Assembly (NCBI GenBank): GCA_002401485.1
Contig: NVTF01000002.1
Location: forward strand, 4,299 to 68,298
Length of the DNA stretch: 64,000 nucleotides
Direction of reading: 5' to 3'
DNA from: Elusimicrobiota bacterium
Lineage (GTDB): Bacteria > Elusimicrobiota > Elusimicrobia > UBA1565
The notes under the pieces are model-generated. The model searched no databases and was not told the DNA's origin. It saw only the letters and a list, made by a program, of their open reading frames with translations. Shown here piece by piece: positions 37,161 through 49,400 of this stretch. The first letter of the stretch is position 1. Each line of letters opens with the position of its first letter. The position numbers were made by a program, and so were the translations under genes.

Positions 37161-39503
37161 ATGAGCGTACGCCACAAATTAATTCTGGCTTTTATGGGAG
37201 TTTCTAGCATATCAGCGGTAATTGGTTATTTTGGCATGAATGCCGCCAATAGCGTTGAAGCCGTCTATCGTAACGTCAGTAAGGACTTTACGCCCTTTGC
37301 GCAGGCTGCTACAGAAATAACCACTTATTCGAAGTTAATGGAAAACCGACTCTACACTTACCTCATGTTTGGCAACAAGGAATCTAAGGAGAGATTTTAC
37401 AGAAGGTCCACGTCATTGGGAAAACGAATTCCCGAGCTTCTCGATTTGACAGAATCATCAAATGACAAAGAGATAGTTTTCCAAATGCGCACTGAGGCCG
37501 AATCTGCGCGGAAGTTAGGAGAGGAAATTATTGCAATCTATGAGCGTGCATCAAAGCCATTCAAATTTCGAGAACATTCCGAACTGATCACTGAATTTCG
37601 TCGCGCAACGGCGGCTGTCAGGAAAGGAGGCGTAAAACTGTCAGCGCTCAAGGCAAATTTGTTCGTAGATCAAAAGGTGATTGATTCTACATTATCCATT
37701 ATCGGATACTCGAAGCTCATCGAAGGACGCTTGTATTTTCACATTATGTTGGGCACGGAGGAATCAAAGCAAAAATTCTATTCAAGGTTCGCGTCCTTAC
37801 GCGAGCTCATTTCCTCGCTGAAAAAAACTCATGGCGCCATCGAGATAGCGCAAGACAAATCCCTTCTGGAAGAAATGGATTCGCAGACTGAAGTTGGCAT
37901 TGGCATCGCCAATAAGATCCTAGCGATATACGAAACGAATCCGACGACGTTTGATCCAAAAGCCCACCAAGAGCTTCTGACCAAGTTTCGCAATTCCACG
38001 GCTAGAGTACGAAAAGCTGCCGACAAAATGCAAAAAGCGAGGATCCAAAAAATTACTCGAGCGAGTGAAGCTTTGCTGGACAAGACAATGGCTATGCGAA
38101 GAAAAATCGTCTCAATTACGATTACCCTGTTTGTACTCGCCCTCGTTATCGGATACATGGTGGCAAGGAGCATCGCAACTCCAATTAAAAACCTCGCAGA
38201 CGCCAGCACCCGAATAGGAAATGGCATGTTTGATACAAGAATCGAGGTCAAGTCCAACGATGAGCTCGGTCTTCTCGCGACGTCATTCAACAAAATGGCT
38301 GCGGCCCTGAAGAAATCAAGAAACGAAATAGTCTCCGCCCGGGATTATATCGACAATATCATCAAAAGCATGAGCGATGCGGTTATAGTTCTGAATACTG
38401 ACGCAACGATCAAAACGATCAACCAAGCGACGCTTACTCTTTTGGGGTATCGATCCAATGAACTTATTGGACGACGATTCGACGAGCTCCTTATTGAAGG
38501 AGACAAACATAGGTTCATGGACTCCGTCTTAGAGAAACTGGGCCAAAAAGGATCCATTGCCAATGCTGACAAGATCTTCATTTCAAAAGACCGACGCAGA
38601 ATTCCCGTGCTTCTTTCGGGGTCAGCCATGTGTGATGGCGAGGGCCAGCTCCAAGCAATTGTATGTGTAGCCAAAGACATCACTGAACGTAAGCGAATAG
38701 AAAAAGAACTTCTGCACTCCAATGGAGAGCTAAGGCAATTTGCTTACTTGGCTTCCCACGATCTTCAGGAACCATTGCGCATTGTGGCAAGCTATACAGC
38801 ACTCCTATCAAGGCGATACAAAGGCAGGCTCGACTCCAATGCGGACGAAATCATTTCTATTGCCGTCGATGCCGCCAAGCACATGCAGCAATTGATCAAC
38901 GACCTGCTGAGCTTTTCTCAGTTGAGCCGGCAGGAGCGGGTGCTCGCCCCCTTTGACTCCGAGATCCTATTGAGTCAAGCCCTTGCAAACCTGCGGGAGG
39001 CCACTGCTGAGGCAGATGCAGTGGTAACGCATGATCCCCTCCCCAAGGTAATGGCAGATCGTGCGCAATTGGCGCAGGTGGTCCAAAATCTTATCGGGAA
39101 CGCCATAAAGTACCGGGGCAACGAGCGGCCGAAGATTCACGTTAGCGCTAGGCGAAAAAATGGCGAATGGTTGTTTTCTGTTCGCGACAACGGTATTGGC
39201 ATTGAACCGCAATATGCTGAGCGTATCTTTATTCTGTTTCAACGCTTGCATAACAAATCTGAGTATACCGGTACCGGTATCGGTTTGACGATTTGTAAGA
39301 AAGCAATTGACCACCACGGCGGCCGCATCTGGGTTGAATCAGAGCTAAAAAAGGGCTCCACATTCTACTTCACAATTCCAGAGACACCACATCCCTCACA
39401 AAGGGCTGGCATCTCAACACCTAAATCGAACATGGACTTTGGCACCCCACCTTCGACACTTTTGACCGATAACGGTCGCGACGCACCCCCCCCAGCGGCC
39501 TGA
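37161..39503 (+). CDS. Sensor histidine kinase (duplicated periplasmic sensor module, TM, HAMP, PAS, HisKA, HATPase_c)
   Basis: 780 aa: signal-anchor, a ~290-aa extracytoplasmic region with an internal repeat, a TM helix, HAMP (IATPIKNLADASTRIGNGMF...ELGLLATSFNKMAAAL), PAS, an H-box LASHDLQEPLR, and N/G boxes (IGNAIKY, DNGIGI, GTGIGL). Confidence 0.85.
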   Translation: MSVRHKLILAFMGVSSISAVIGYFGMNAANSVEAVYRNVSKDFTPFAQAATEITTYSKLMENRLYTYLMFGNKESKERFYRRSTSLGKRIPELLDLTESSNDKEIVFQMRTEAESARKLGEEIIAIYERASKPFKFREHSELITEFRRATAAVRKGGVKLSALKANLFVDQKVIDSTLSIIGYSKLIEGRLYFHIMLGTEESKQKFYSRFASLRELISSLKKTHGAIEIAQDKSLLEEMDSQTEVGIGIANKILAIYETNPTTFDPKAHQELLTKFRNSTARVRKAADKMQKARIQKITRASEALLDKTMAMRRKIVSITITLFVLALVIGYMVARSIATPIKNLADASTRIGNGMFDTRIEVKSNDELGLLATSFNKMAAALKKSRNEIVSARDYIDNIIKSMSDAVIVLNTDATIKTINQATLTLLGYRSNELIGRRFDELLIEGDKHRFMDSVLEKLGQKGSIANADKIFISKDRRRIPVLLSGSAMCDGEGQLQAIVCVAKDITERKRIEKELLHSNGELRQFAYLASHDLQEPLRIVASYTALLSRRYKGRLDSNADEIISIAVDAAKHMQQLINDLLSFSQLSRQERVLAPFDSEILLSQALANLREATAEADAVVTHDPLPKVMADRAQLAQVVQNLIGNAIKYRGNERPKIHVSARRKNGEWLFSVRDNGIGIEPQYAERIFILFQRLHNKSEYTGTGIGLTICKKAIDHHGGRIWVESELKKGSTFYFTIPETPHPSQRAGISTPKSNMDFGTPPSTLLTDNGRDAPPPAA

Positions 39504-39574
39504 TTTCCCGCTAATTTCGTAGAAATAAGCCGGGCATTTCGGCAATCCCCGGTGTATAGTAAGAGAAGTTTAGT

Positions 39575-40165
39575 GTGATGTTAAAATTAACACTCTTGCT
39601 AAGTGTCGCCGCTCTCGCCGCGCCGGATTCGGTTCGTCCGTTGCTCGTGGGCGAAACCATCCCTTCAGCCGAAATCACCACTCTCGACGGCAAAAAAACC
39701 GATATGGCAGAAGAACTGAAGGGCTCTCACACCATCCTTGTTTTCTACCGCGGCGGCTGGTGCCCCTATTGCAATCGCCAATTAGCAGCACTCGGCGGCC
39801 TAAAAGGAAGATTGAAAAAGCTCGGCTGGGAAATGGCGGCGATTAGCCCGGATCGCCCGGAATTATTGCTTGAGACCAAGGGGAAACATTCCATCGACTA
39901 CGCCCTCTATTCGGACAGTCCTTGCAATGCCGCTCGTGCGATGGGTCTCGCGTTCACGGTGGAAGAGAATAAGTACCGGAAAATGAAAAATTATGGGGTG
40001 GATCTTGCCTTGGCCTCAGGACTCACCCACCGCCAACTGCCGATCCCAGCCGTTTATCTTGTTTCACCCAACGGGGAGGTGTTGTTTCAATACGCGAACC
40101 CCAATTACAAAATCCGCCTCAATCCGAAGGTTCTATTGTCAGCGGCCCAAGCGTACGGGCCGTAA
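39575..40165 (+). CDS. Secreted AhpC/TSA-family thiol-disulfide oxidoreductase (peroxiredoxin-like)
   Basis: Signal peptide plus ILVFYRGGWCPYCNRQL, a thioredoxin-fold CxxC-like active site. Confidence 0.75.
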   Translation: MMLKLTLLLSVAALAAPDSVRPLLVGETIPSAEITTLDGKKTDMAEELKGSHTILVFYRGGWCPYCNRQLAALGGLKGRLKKLGWEMAAISPDRPELLLETKGKHSIDYALYSDSPCNAARAMGLAFTVEENKYRKMKNYGVDLALASGLTHRQLPIPAVYLVSPNGEVLFQYANPNYKIRLNPKVLLSAAQAYGP

Positions 40166-40169
40166 ACAA

Positions 40170-41816
40170 CTACCGCATCAGCATCAAAACATGCGGCGGC
40201 GAATGATGCGGGTCCGCATAAGAAACCGTCCACCCCTGAACGGGGTGAATCAAGCGCACGCTGTGATCCGTGCCAGAATCGAAGTGCCTGGAAAGAAACG
40301 CCGTTCCCGCCATCTCCCAATCGACAACAAACATTTTCCCGCGTGCATTAAGCCACACCGATAAATCATCCGGAGCCGGTCCCTTTGGAATGGACGTACT
40401 TTGCGGCGGTTTTTTAAATTGATAGAAAGAAAGATCTCCGCTATGGCCGTAAATTACGCCGGAGGCACCGTCAACCCGGTCGAACACATCCCGGTAGCAG
40501 GCAAGCGGCCGGTCGGTTTCAAAGGGGCGCGCCCATCCCCACGTGGCGGCCTTAACCCCGAAAGAAGCGAGCAGTGTTCCCGAAAGAAGTGCGAACGCAG
40601 TCTTTCCCCAAAAGGGAGCCCGCGCCCCTAAACGGGGCTGCAGCACGTCCCACCCCCGGACGGCGCCTCCCGCCAATACGACAAAGACAATGGGATTGAG
40701 AATGCCGATGAAGCGCTCGCTTGAAGAAATCTGGTGATACCAGGCGAAAAGAACAAAAAAACCGCTATACAGAAAAATGGAAAACCATTTTCCGCCGTCT
40801 GTCCAGGACAAACGTCGGCGCCCGATCCATAATAGGCCAAGCGCGGCGACTGCCAAGGGCCATCGCAAGGCGTGCAGGACGGGAAAAGTTTTATCGGGTG
40901 ATAAACACGCGAACGCGACCGGAATAAATCCGAACATTCCAAAAAACAGACGACCCGCGATACCGGCCACTCCGTGAGTGCGCAGATACCCCATTGCCGA
41001 CAAATTTTCCCGTGCCGCCGTATCGACTTGTGACCAAGCATCAAGCCAGATCACATGCCGCGACGAGAAATTATAAGTGGGGTCCCCGTACAGCTGATAA
41101 TTGCCCCACCACAGCAGACTCGCGAACGGAATGAAACCCAGAAAAAACAACGGCGCTCGCTTTAAGAGCACCGCACGTCGACTTCGGTCCATCAAAACAG
41201 TCAAGGCCACCGCCCCGAACCAGGCATATACAAACAACTGGCCGGTTCCTTTCGCCAAGGATGCAATGCCCGCGATTGCACCCGCCCCAAACCACCATCG
41301 CCCATCCTCTTCAAACCCCTTTTGAACCGCAAACCAGCACAACAACGCCAATGGAGGCATCAAGACCTCGGCACGCAAGGACATGCTCAATGCGACATGG
41401 ATCCAATTCACTGAAATCATGAGGGCGGCAGCCAATCCTGCCCGTCGGTCGAATCGCTGGGCAGCAATCCGGTAAACCAGCACGACCAGGAGCGCCCCGA
41501 GCGTGAAGCTAAATAATTTTGAGAGCGTAAACGCGCTCGGCGCCGTGGACGCCCACAACGAAAGGATAAACGGATACAGGGGGAGATCGTTTCCCATCGG
41601 AACGCTGATACCTTCACGTATCGCCTGTGCGTACTGGAGCCAGGGATCCTGCGCGAAGCCCGGACGGCGATTCCAGCCGACCCAGGTCCACACGGTCAAC
41701 AGATAATTGGCCCCGGCAATCGCCGCAAAAACGACTGCGAGGCGAGTCCAAGAAATCTGAAAATTCCTTAAGAATCCTGCCATTTCCTGTATTAAACCTA
41801 ATTCTTGACGGAACAA
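40170..41816 (-). CDS. GT-C family glycosyltransferase (ArnT/PMT-like, GT39/GT83) membrane protein
   Basis: 548 aa with about 11 predicted TM helices, an N-terminal loop and a C-terminal soluble domain, as in 4-amino-arabinose/mannosyl transferases. The true start may be the internal Met (MAGFLRNF...). Confidence 0.65.
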   Translation of the reverse strand: MFRQELGLIQEMAGFLRNFQISWTRLAVVFAAIAGANYLLTVWTWVGWNRRPGFAQDPWLQYAQAIREGISVPMGNDLPLYPFILSLWASTAPSAFTLSKLFSFTLGALLVVLVYRIAAQRFDRRAGLAAALMISVNWIHVALSMSLRAEVLMPPLALLCWFAVQKGFEEDGRWWFGAGAIAGIASLAKGTGQLFVYAWFGAVALTVLMDRSRRAVLLKRAPLFFLGFIPFASLLWWGNYQLYGDPTYNFSSRHVIWLDAWSQVDTAARENLSAMGYLRTHGVAGIAGRLFFGMFGFIPVAFACLSPDKTFPVLHALRWPLAVAALGLLWIGRRRLSWTDGGKWFSIFLYSGFFVLFAWYHQISSSERFIGILNPIVFVVLAGGAVRGWDVLQPRLGARAPFWGKTAFALLSGTLLASFGVKAATWGWARPFETDRPLACYRDVFDRVDGASGVIYGHSGDLSFYQFKKPPQSTSIPKGPAPDDLSVWLNARGKMFVVDWEMAGTAFLSRHFDSGTDHSVRLIHPVQGWTVSYADPHHSPPHVLMLMR

Positions 41817-42091
41817 CGGAACAAAGTGGGTGTCTCATTCGTAGTGATGGTAGAGGATGGAAATATGAAACTAGGACTTCGCGCTAGAATAATTATCTCA
41901 CCGGACTCGGTTTCCCAAAGTCAATGGGTTCATGATATGGCCAACGCTTTTTGCCGGGCCCGCCTTCGTCTTGAACTGGATTTGAAGTCGCCTCGAACTT
42001 CCTGGGCCTGCTAGTCCTAGTCCCCATTCGGGCTATTTGGTAGAATATCCAAAATGCACGACGGCGACGGGAAACCGTTGTTCGAGGTCCG

Positions 42092-43261
42092 ATGGAATCA
42101 CGCAGAAAACTCTCACTCTTAAATTCAGTTTTTATGACAACGACGCCGTTTTTGGCTGTCGGCCTGTCGATTTATTACCTCATCACCCAAGGCCTGCATT
42201 GGGGAGACGTCGCGCTGTTTGGGGCTATGTATATTCTCACCGGCATGGCCATTACCGCCGGGTATCATCGTTATTACTCTCACCGCGCGTATGACTGTCA
42301 TTGGGCGGTGCAGTTGTTCTATTTACTGTTTGGAGCCGCAGCGATCGAAAATTCGGCTCTGAAATGGTGCCGCGACCATCGCCTCCACCACCAAAAAGTC
42401 GACACGGATGAAGATCCCTACAACATCAAAAAGGGTTTCTTCTATGCCCACATGGGATGGATTTTTTACGAAACTCCGAAGGATCGGACTTTTGCGTGCG
42501 TCCCCGACCTCCAGCGGGACCCTCTCGTACAGTGGCAAAACAATCATTTTTTTAAAATCCTCATTGTCGTTGGTTTTGTTATGCCGACGCTCATCGGGGC
42601 CGCCTACGGGCGACCGCTTGGCGGCTTCTTATTCGGCGGCTTGGTGCGGGCGGTATTTGTCCAGCACACAACCTTTCTCATCAATTCAGCGGCCCATTAT
42701 TTTGGAACCCGCCCTTATTCCGTCAACAATACCGCACGCGACACCTGGTGGCTGGCCTTCTTCACGTACGGGGAGGGTTACCACAACTTCCACCACCGAT
42801 TCGGCGCCGACTACCGAAACGGATATAAGTGGTACCAATTCGATCCGACGAAATGGTGGATCAAGACGCTCAACGTTGTTGGGCTGTCCTGGCGGCTGAC
42901 GCGATTTCGGGCGGAACACATCCTCAAAGCCCGCATCGAAGCGGACATTCGCCGCGTCCAACTCAAAATCGCGGACGCTCCGGATGCCTTGTCCGCTCGA
43001 ATTCAAAAACGCATGGCGGACGCTCAGCTCCAACTCGAAACCGCCTATAATCGCCTCGCCGAAGCAAAAATTCGCTACCGCAAATTAAAACGCTCGGTGG
43101 TAGCAAGCTCAGAAATTGCAACTACACGGTTGGCTAACTCGCTGGAGCAGTGGAAACTTCGAAATCGACAGTATAAATTTCAGTTTCGGGCCGCCCAAGC
43201 CCGATGGGCTCTTTTGATCGCCGCCTTCAGCCGTTTTCAGCTGCAAACACCCATAACCTGA
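42092..43261 (+). CDS. Acyl-CoA/acyl-lipid delta-9 fatty-acid desaturase
   Basis: His boxes HRYYSHRAY, HRLHHQKVD and HNFHH, four TM helices, and a C-terminal helical tail. Confidence 0.85.
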   Translation: MESRRKLSLLNSVFMTTTPFLAVGLSIYYLITQGLHWGDVALFGAMYILTGMAITAGYHRYYSHRAYDCHWAVQLFYLLFGAAAIENSALKWCRDHRLHHQKVDTDEDPYNIKKGFFYAHMGWIFYETPKDRTFACVPDLQRDPLVQWQNNHFFKILIVVGFVMPTLIGAAYGRPLGGFLFGGLVRAVFVQHTTFLINSAAHYFGTRPYSVNNTARDTWWLAFFTYGEGYHNFHHRFGADYRNGYKWYQFDPTKWWIKTLNVVGLSWRLTRFRAEHILKARIEADIRRVQLKIADAPDALSARIQKRMADAQLQLETAYNRLAEAKIRYRKLKRSVVASSEIATTRLANSLEQWKLRNRQYKFQFRAAQARWALLIAAFSRFQLQTPIT

Positions 43262-43292
43262 TACCGTAATAGAACCCGCACCCAACATCAGG

Positions 43293-43325
43293 AAAACCCT
43301 TCATTAAGAAGGGTTTTTTATTTTA
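43293..43325 (+). terminator. Rho-independent terminator after the desaturase
   Basis: Stem AAAACCCTT (43293-43301) / AAGGGTTTT (43309-43317) with loop cattaag, followed by TTATTTTATT. Confidence 0.8.
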
Positions 43326-43435
43326 TTCCGTGACTAATTTAGTCTTGAATCCGCAACATCCTGGGGCTATATACGCAGTAGGGAGTTCTTCGCGCACATG
43401 CGGGAAACATTCCCGGGCCTCGTTTTTTCGCCGCC

Positions 43436-46400
43436 ATGCTTCGCATCACGGCCGTATTTTTCTGCGTAATCGCATCCGTCCCGATTTTTTCGGGAACGTC
43501 GACAGCGGCTACCCCAACCAGCGTTCAATTTACGACAGCAACCACCGACTCTATCGAAATAACGTGGACGCTGGAGTCCTCTGGCCAGATTCCCTTGTAC
43601 GCTTTATCAACGGTGGAGAACTTTTCCACCACCATCGCCTCCGCTACGGGGGCGGTTGGACAAGAAAACATTCTGATTCAGTCCCTCCTCAAGAACACAA
43701 CCTATTATTTCAAGGTAAAGGTTTCTACGGAAAATGACTCGACCTATACCTCGACAATTGCACTGGCAACACTCGCGGCTCCGCCCGGTGCGGCTCCGAG
43801 CGTTGTTTTATCCTCAGGCGATATTATAGTCAGCTGGACCCACGACGGAAACGCAACCGACACAGAATATTCCGGAGAACTATATGAGGACCCCGCGTTT
43901 TTAACCCAACTCGCGGTGCTGCCGTTTCAAACCGGGTCATCATTCACTGCGACCGACCTTGATCCAAATACGACCTTCTACTTTCGAGTCCGAGCCCAAA
44001 ACCGACAAGGAATCGTAACGGGTTACCGAATTCTCCCTGCGGCTCTCACCCATTCCTCCCCCGCGGCGGCCTCCCAGCCAACGAACGTTTTCGGCGCGCG
44101 CATGACGGCGAATTGGATCACCGATCTGTCTGCCAACACCCAATACAAAGCGGAACTCTCCACGGTCGCGAATTTTACCGGTTCCAACGATCAAACGACC
44201 GCCTTCATCGCCGGAGCGAATTCAAACGAATTTGTAGGACTGCTCCTCGGCACGCAATATTTCACACGGGTCAAATCCCGCGGCTTCAACCTTGTTGAAT
44301 CGGTATACACGACGCTCCCAACCACAACGACGCAGGTATTCCTCGAAACGCCGCCTCCATCCAATGTCCTCTCCTCAAGCGCCACAACAACGACGCTCGG
44401 TTATTCCTGGACGATGCAGAATTCCAACGAAGCTCCGCTGATCGCGCTGGCCGATAATTTTGATTTTACTTCGCTGGTTTCCTCGCTCACCGCAGGCGTC
44501 AATCAATCGAGCCACCAATTCACGGGCCTCGCGATTAACAACACGTATTGGTTCAAAATCAAGGTATCTACGGCAAACGATTTTTTCTACACGGTCAAAA
44601 TAGAAACCGCAACGCATGCGGCAGATCCGATCGCGTCGCTCACCACAGTGCTCTCTTCGGCAGACATCAATGTCTCATGGACCGCCAACGGCAATCCCCC
44701 GGACACCCTCTACGATGTATCTATTTTCGATGACGATACGTATCAGAACTCTCTCGGAAAAAGCGGATTTACAACCGTCCTAAATTCCACCATTCCCACC
44801 CTCACCCCGGCAACAACCTTCTATTTCCACGTGCAAGCGTTCAACCGCTTACTCACGCCAACAACGGCGGTCATCCTAACCGAAGCCATGACGTTCGCCG
44901 AACCGCCGACGGCTTCCCAACCGCAGGATGTGCTCGATACGAAGTTTCGAACACACTGGAATCCCGGCCTCAACCCTCCGGGGGTCTTGTTCCGCGCCCA
45001 GCTTTCCACGGCAACAAATTTCACAGGGAGTCTCGATTTGACCTCCGGATTTGTACCCGATATTTCCAGTTTCACATTCTCGGGCTTAGCGCTGGGCAAG
45101 ACCTACTATACCCGGGTGCAGGCGAGAAACGCCGCGGGACAAACGACTGGTTTCGTTAATTTGCCTTCCACCGAAACCCTGAACCAGCCCGCCGCGCTCC
45201 CGCCGACCAACATTGTCGCCGGAACCGCAACATTAACCGCAATCGACCTTGATTGGAAGCTGGGCAGCCCGGGTCAAACTCCGCTGTTTGCCATCTCGGA
45301 GTCTTCCGATTTTGTCACGACCGTCTCCTCCATTACCGGCGGCATCGGACAGGAGATAGTCTCACTGGGCGGACTGAACGCGAACACGACGTATTATTTC
45401 AAGATCAAGGTATCGACCGTCAACGATATTTTTTACAGCGCGACGCTTACAACGGCAACCTTGGCGGCGGCCCCGCTCTCAGCGGCGCCCGTCGTTATTT
45501 CCACATCGGAAATCCAAGCGAACTGGACGCATGGCGTCAATCCTACCGACACGCAATATTCAGGCGAATACGCGCGCATCGCCGATTTCACTTCCCTCGA
45601 TGGATCCAGTGATTTTTCCGAGGGGACCTCTCTCAATGTCCCGGGACTGAAATCCAACACGACCTACTACTTTCGCATCCGCGCCCGAAATCGATTCGAA
45701 ATTCAAACCACAACAACAATTCTCCCCACGGCCGTGACGCTGGCGGAGGACGCAACGGCGGCGCTGTTGATCGACATCTTTAATACGAATTTCAAGCTGG
45801 AATGGTCCACAGGCACCAACCCGATCGGCACTGAATTTTTTGCCGAAACATCAACCGCAACCGATTTCAGCGGCTCCGCCGATATCAATTCCTCTTGGCT
45901 GCCCAATATTTCGAGCTTTACGTTTGTCGGCCTGACTCCGGACACAACCTACTATGCGCACGTTAAATCGCGCAACGTTGCGGCCGTTGAAACCGCGTTT
46001 ACGACAACACTCTCCACACTCACAACAACAATCGAAAACATTCCCGCTCCTACCAATATCCTCGCCGGCGATGTTTCCACAGCGACCCTGCGGATCAATT
46101 GGACTCTCGGCTCTCCCGGCCAAGCACCGCTTTACGCCTTCTCCACGAATTCGAATTTTACAACGACATTCTCTTCAGAAACCGGGACCGTGGGGCAAAA
46201 CACCAAGACGGTTCTTGGTTTAACCCCCAATGCGACCTACTACTTCAAAATTAAAGTTTCCACCGCCAATGACTTCCTCTTTTCCCCGACCTTTTCAACA
46301 GCAACACACGCGCAGGTCCCGGTCAGTTCTCCCACGCTCGTCACGTCATCGGGAAGCCTGCTGGGCCAATGGGGCGTCGATCAAAACCCGCCCGGAACCG

Positions 46401-49400
46401 AATACAGCGGAGAAATTTCAGACACATCCAACTTTGCGTCAATTCTGGCGGAAAGCCCCTTCGGTACCGACACCTTCGTCAGCATCACCAATCTCAATGC
46501 CAACACAACCTTTTATCTTCGCGTACGCTCTCGGAACTGGAACGGGGTTGAGTCATCCACGATCGCTCTGCCGACGGCAGTCACCCTTGCCGCCCGTCCC
46601 ACCTCGGGGCTGCCGACCGATGTACTCGACACGCGCCTGAGCGCCCATTGGAACGTCGGCAGCAATCCCGTGGGAACCGAATTCTCGGTTGAGATCGCAT
46701 CCGACCCGACCTTCACAGACGATTTCCAAGCCTCCGCGTTTCAGGCCGATATGACAAGTTTCACCTTCCTAAACCTGTCGCTTGACACGACGTATTACAC
46801 CCGTGTCCGCGGACGCAACCACGCAGGAGTGCCCAGTTCCTATTTTTCGTTGGTCTCCACAAAAACACTCCCGTTCGAGGCCGTGCTGCCGCCCATCAAC
46901 ATCCAAATCGCGACGATCACAACAACCGATCTCGGCTATTCCTGGACCTTGCTTTCCGCCGCCCAATCGCCCTTCTATGTCTTTGGAGAAGACCCGTTGT
47001 ATGCAGTCACCGTGACTTCGGAGTCTGGGGGTGTTAACCAAAGCAGCCATGTGGTATCAGGGCTCTCCATCAACACGTCCTACTTCTTCCAAGTCAAGGT
47101 CGCAACCGCACCCGATTTTTTCTACTCGATCACCTTCGAAACAGCAACCCATGCCAATCCCCCAACATCCCAGCCCAGCGTCGTGCTCTCGAGTGCAAAC
47201 ATCCAGGTCGACTGGAACGTCAATGGGAACCCGCCCGGGACTCAATTTCTCGCAGAGCTCTCATTTAACGCGGGGTTTGGCGGCATCGCGAGTGCCAGCC
47301 CATGGACCGGCGCGTCACAGTTTATCGCTCCCGGCCTGACGCCCAACACCACGTATTACATACGCGTTCGCGGGAGAAACAGTTCAAACGTTCATACCGC
47401 GACCGTTCCCTTAAACGCGCAGTGTACGTTCGCAGACGTCATAGCACCGTCACTTGCACCCGCACCCGGGCCGACCCAAATGGGTCTCACATGGGTGCGT
47501 GCGGCCAATCCGCTCGGAACCGAGTTCAAGTCGGAGATCGACGATGACCCGGCGTTTGGAACTCCTGATGCAACGACCTGGTTGACCGGAACTGCAACGA
47601 CTTTCTTCAATCTAACCCCGAACACGACCTATTATTCCCGCGTGCGGGCTCGCAATTGCCAAAACGTCGAAACCGCCAACATCATCCTCGCAACGACCGC
47701 GACCAGCGCGGCCATCCCCTCCGCCGACACGGCTTCCGGAATCACGATCAGCACCATCGTTGCGAATTGGGGAAGCAATGGGAATTCGGCCGGAACCGTG
47801 TACTCCGCGGAAATCGCGAGTGAAAACACGTTCGTCGTTAACTACGCATCCATCCCGTTCGCCGCTGTGTTTGCCTCAACCTTCACCGGGCTCGCAGCGA
47901 ACACGACGTATTACATACGGGTACGGGCCCGTAATTGGGCGGGATTAGAAACAGCCACCCAATTGCTGGCCCAAGAGTCCACCGACGCCGAGGGTCCCGG
48001 TTCCCAATCACCCACCGTGGTCACCAATGATCAAGTGACGCTCAACTGGTCCGCAGGCGGCAACCCCGCCGGAACTTTCTTCCAAACCGAGCGTTCGACC
48101 GACTCCAACTTTAACGGAACCTTATTCGCGTCTCCATTTTTGACGTCGACAAGCCATGCCTTTGGATCACTCATCGGAGGGACAACCTATTACTTCCGCG
48201 TGAAGGCGCGCAGTCACAACGGAAACGACACAGCCTGGGTCGCGCTTCCCTCAACCATGACCCTCCCCAGCCCTCCGACCTCGCAAATCCCGCAAAACGT
48301 TTTTGGATCACGATTGCGCGCCCATTGGGGAGTTCTTACCAATGCCATTGGGAGCCAATTCTTTGCCGCACTCTCAACAGGGACAAACTACACGGGGAGT
48401 CTCGACCAAAACACAGGATGGGTCACAGACCTCTCGAGCAACACCTTCCTGAGTCTCACCCTGGACACAACGTATTACACGCGGGTTAAGGCGAGAAACG
48501 CCAAGCTGGAGGAAAGCTCATTTACAAACCTGCCCTCCACACTGACCTTGAACTTTTTAGAGACGCTCCCACCGACATCGGTGAGCATCGATACCGTAAC
48601 CACGACATCGCTGGATGCCTCCTGGATTCTGGAAAACCCCACGATGGCGGCGCATTACAAGTTCTCAACACTCCTCAATTTCTCGACGATTGCATCGAGT
48701 GAGACGTTAGGGGTCGCCGTTTCCAGCATCAGCCTATCCCCCATCGCGCCAAACACAACCTTCTATTTTAAGATCAAGATATCCACCGCCGACGATCTCT
48801 TCTTCAGCGACGTCTTGTCGACTGCTACCGCTGTTCTCGATCCCGGAGTGCTCACCCCGGTGACGCTTTCCTCCGCGGATGTCGCAGCCCTCTGGGAGCA
48901 CACGGGAAATCCGGCGGGCACTGAATTCTTAGCGGAGCGGGCGACCAATCCGGGATTCTCGACCGGTCTTGCCAACGGAGGGTGGACGACCCTGAACGGA
49001 TCCACCTTCACAAGCCTAACGCCCAATACCACCTATTACCTCCGCGTTCGTTCGCGCGGACACAATTCGGCGGTCAAACCCCCCGTGGTACTGGGATCGA
49101 CGATCACACGCGCCGAAGTTCCGTCTAGTCCAACCAGCACTCTCCTGTCCTCCGCCGGAATTTTCGTTAGTTATTCGACCGGGTCCAATTCAGGGCCGAC
49201 GGAATTCCTGATTGAAATCTCAAGCGTCGCGGGATTTACACCTCTCACCGCAACAGCCGGATGGGCAACCATCCGCGAATCAACCTTTACGGGACTCATT
49301 CCAAATACGCTTTATTATGCGCGTGCGCAGGCGCGCAACGCGGCAAAAGAAGTCACTGCATTTGCAACGGTTCCCTCAACCCGCACATTCGCCCAACCTC

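Noticed and set aside
43330-43737. 135-aa ORF overlapping the giant-gene start
   Set aside because: Different frame from the giant gene, and it runs across the desaturase terminator region and promoter. The giant gene's signal peptide starts cleanly at 43436.
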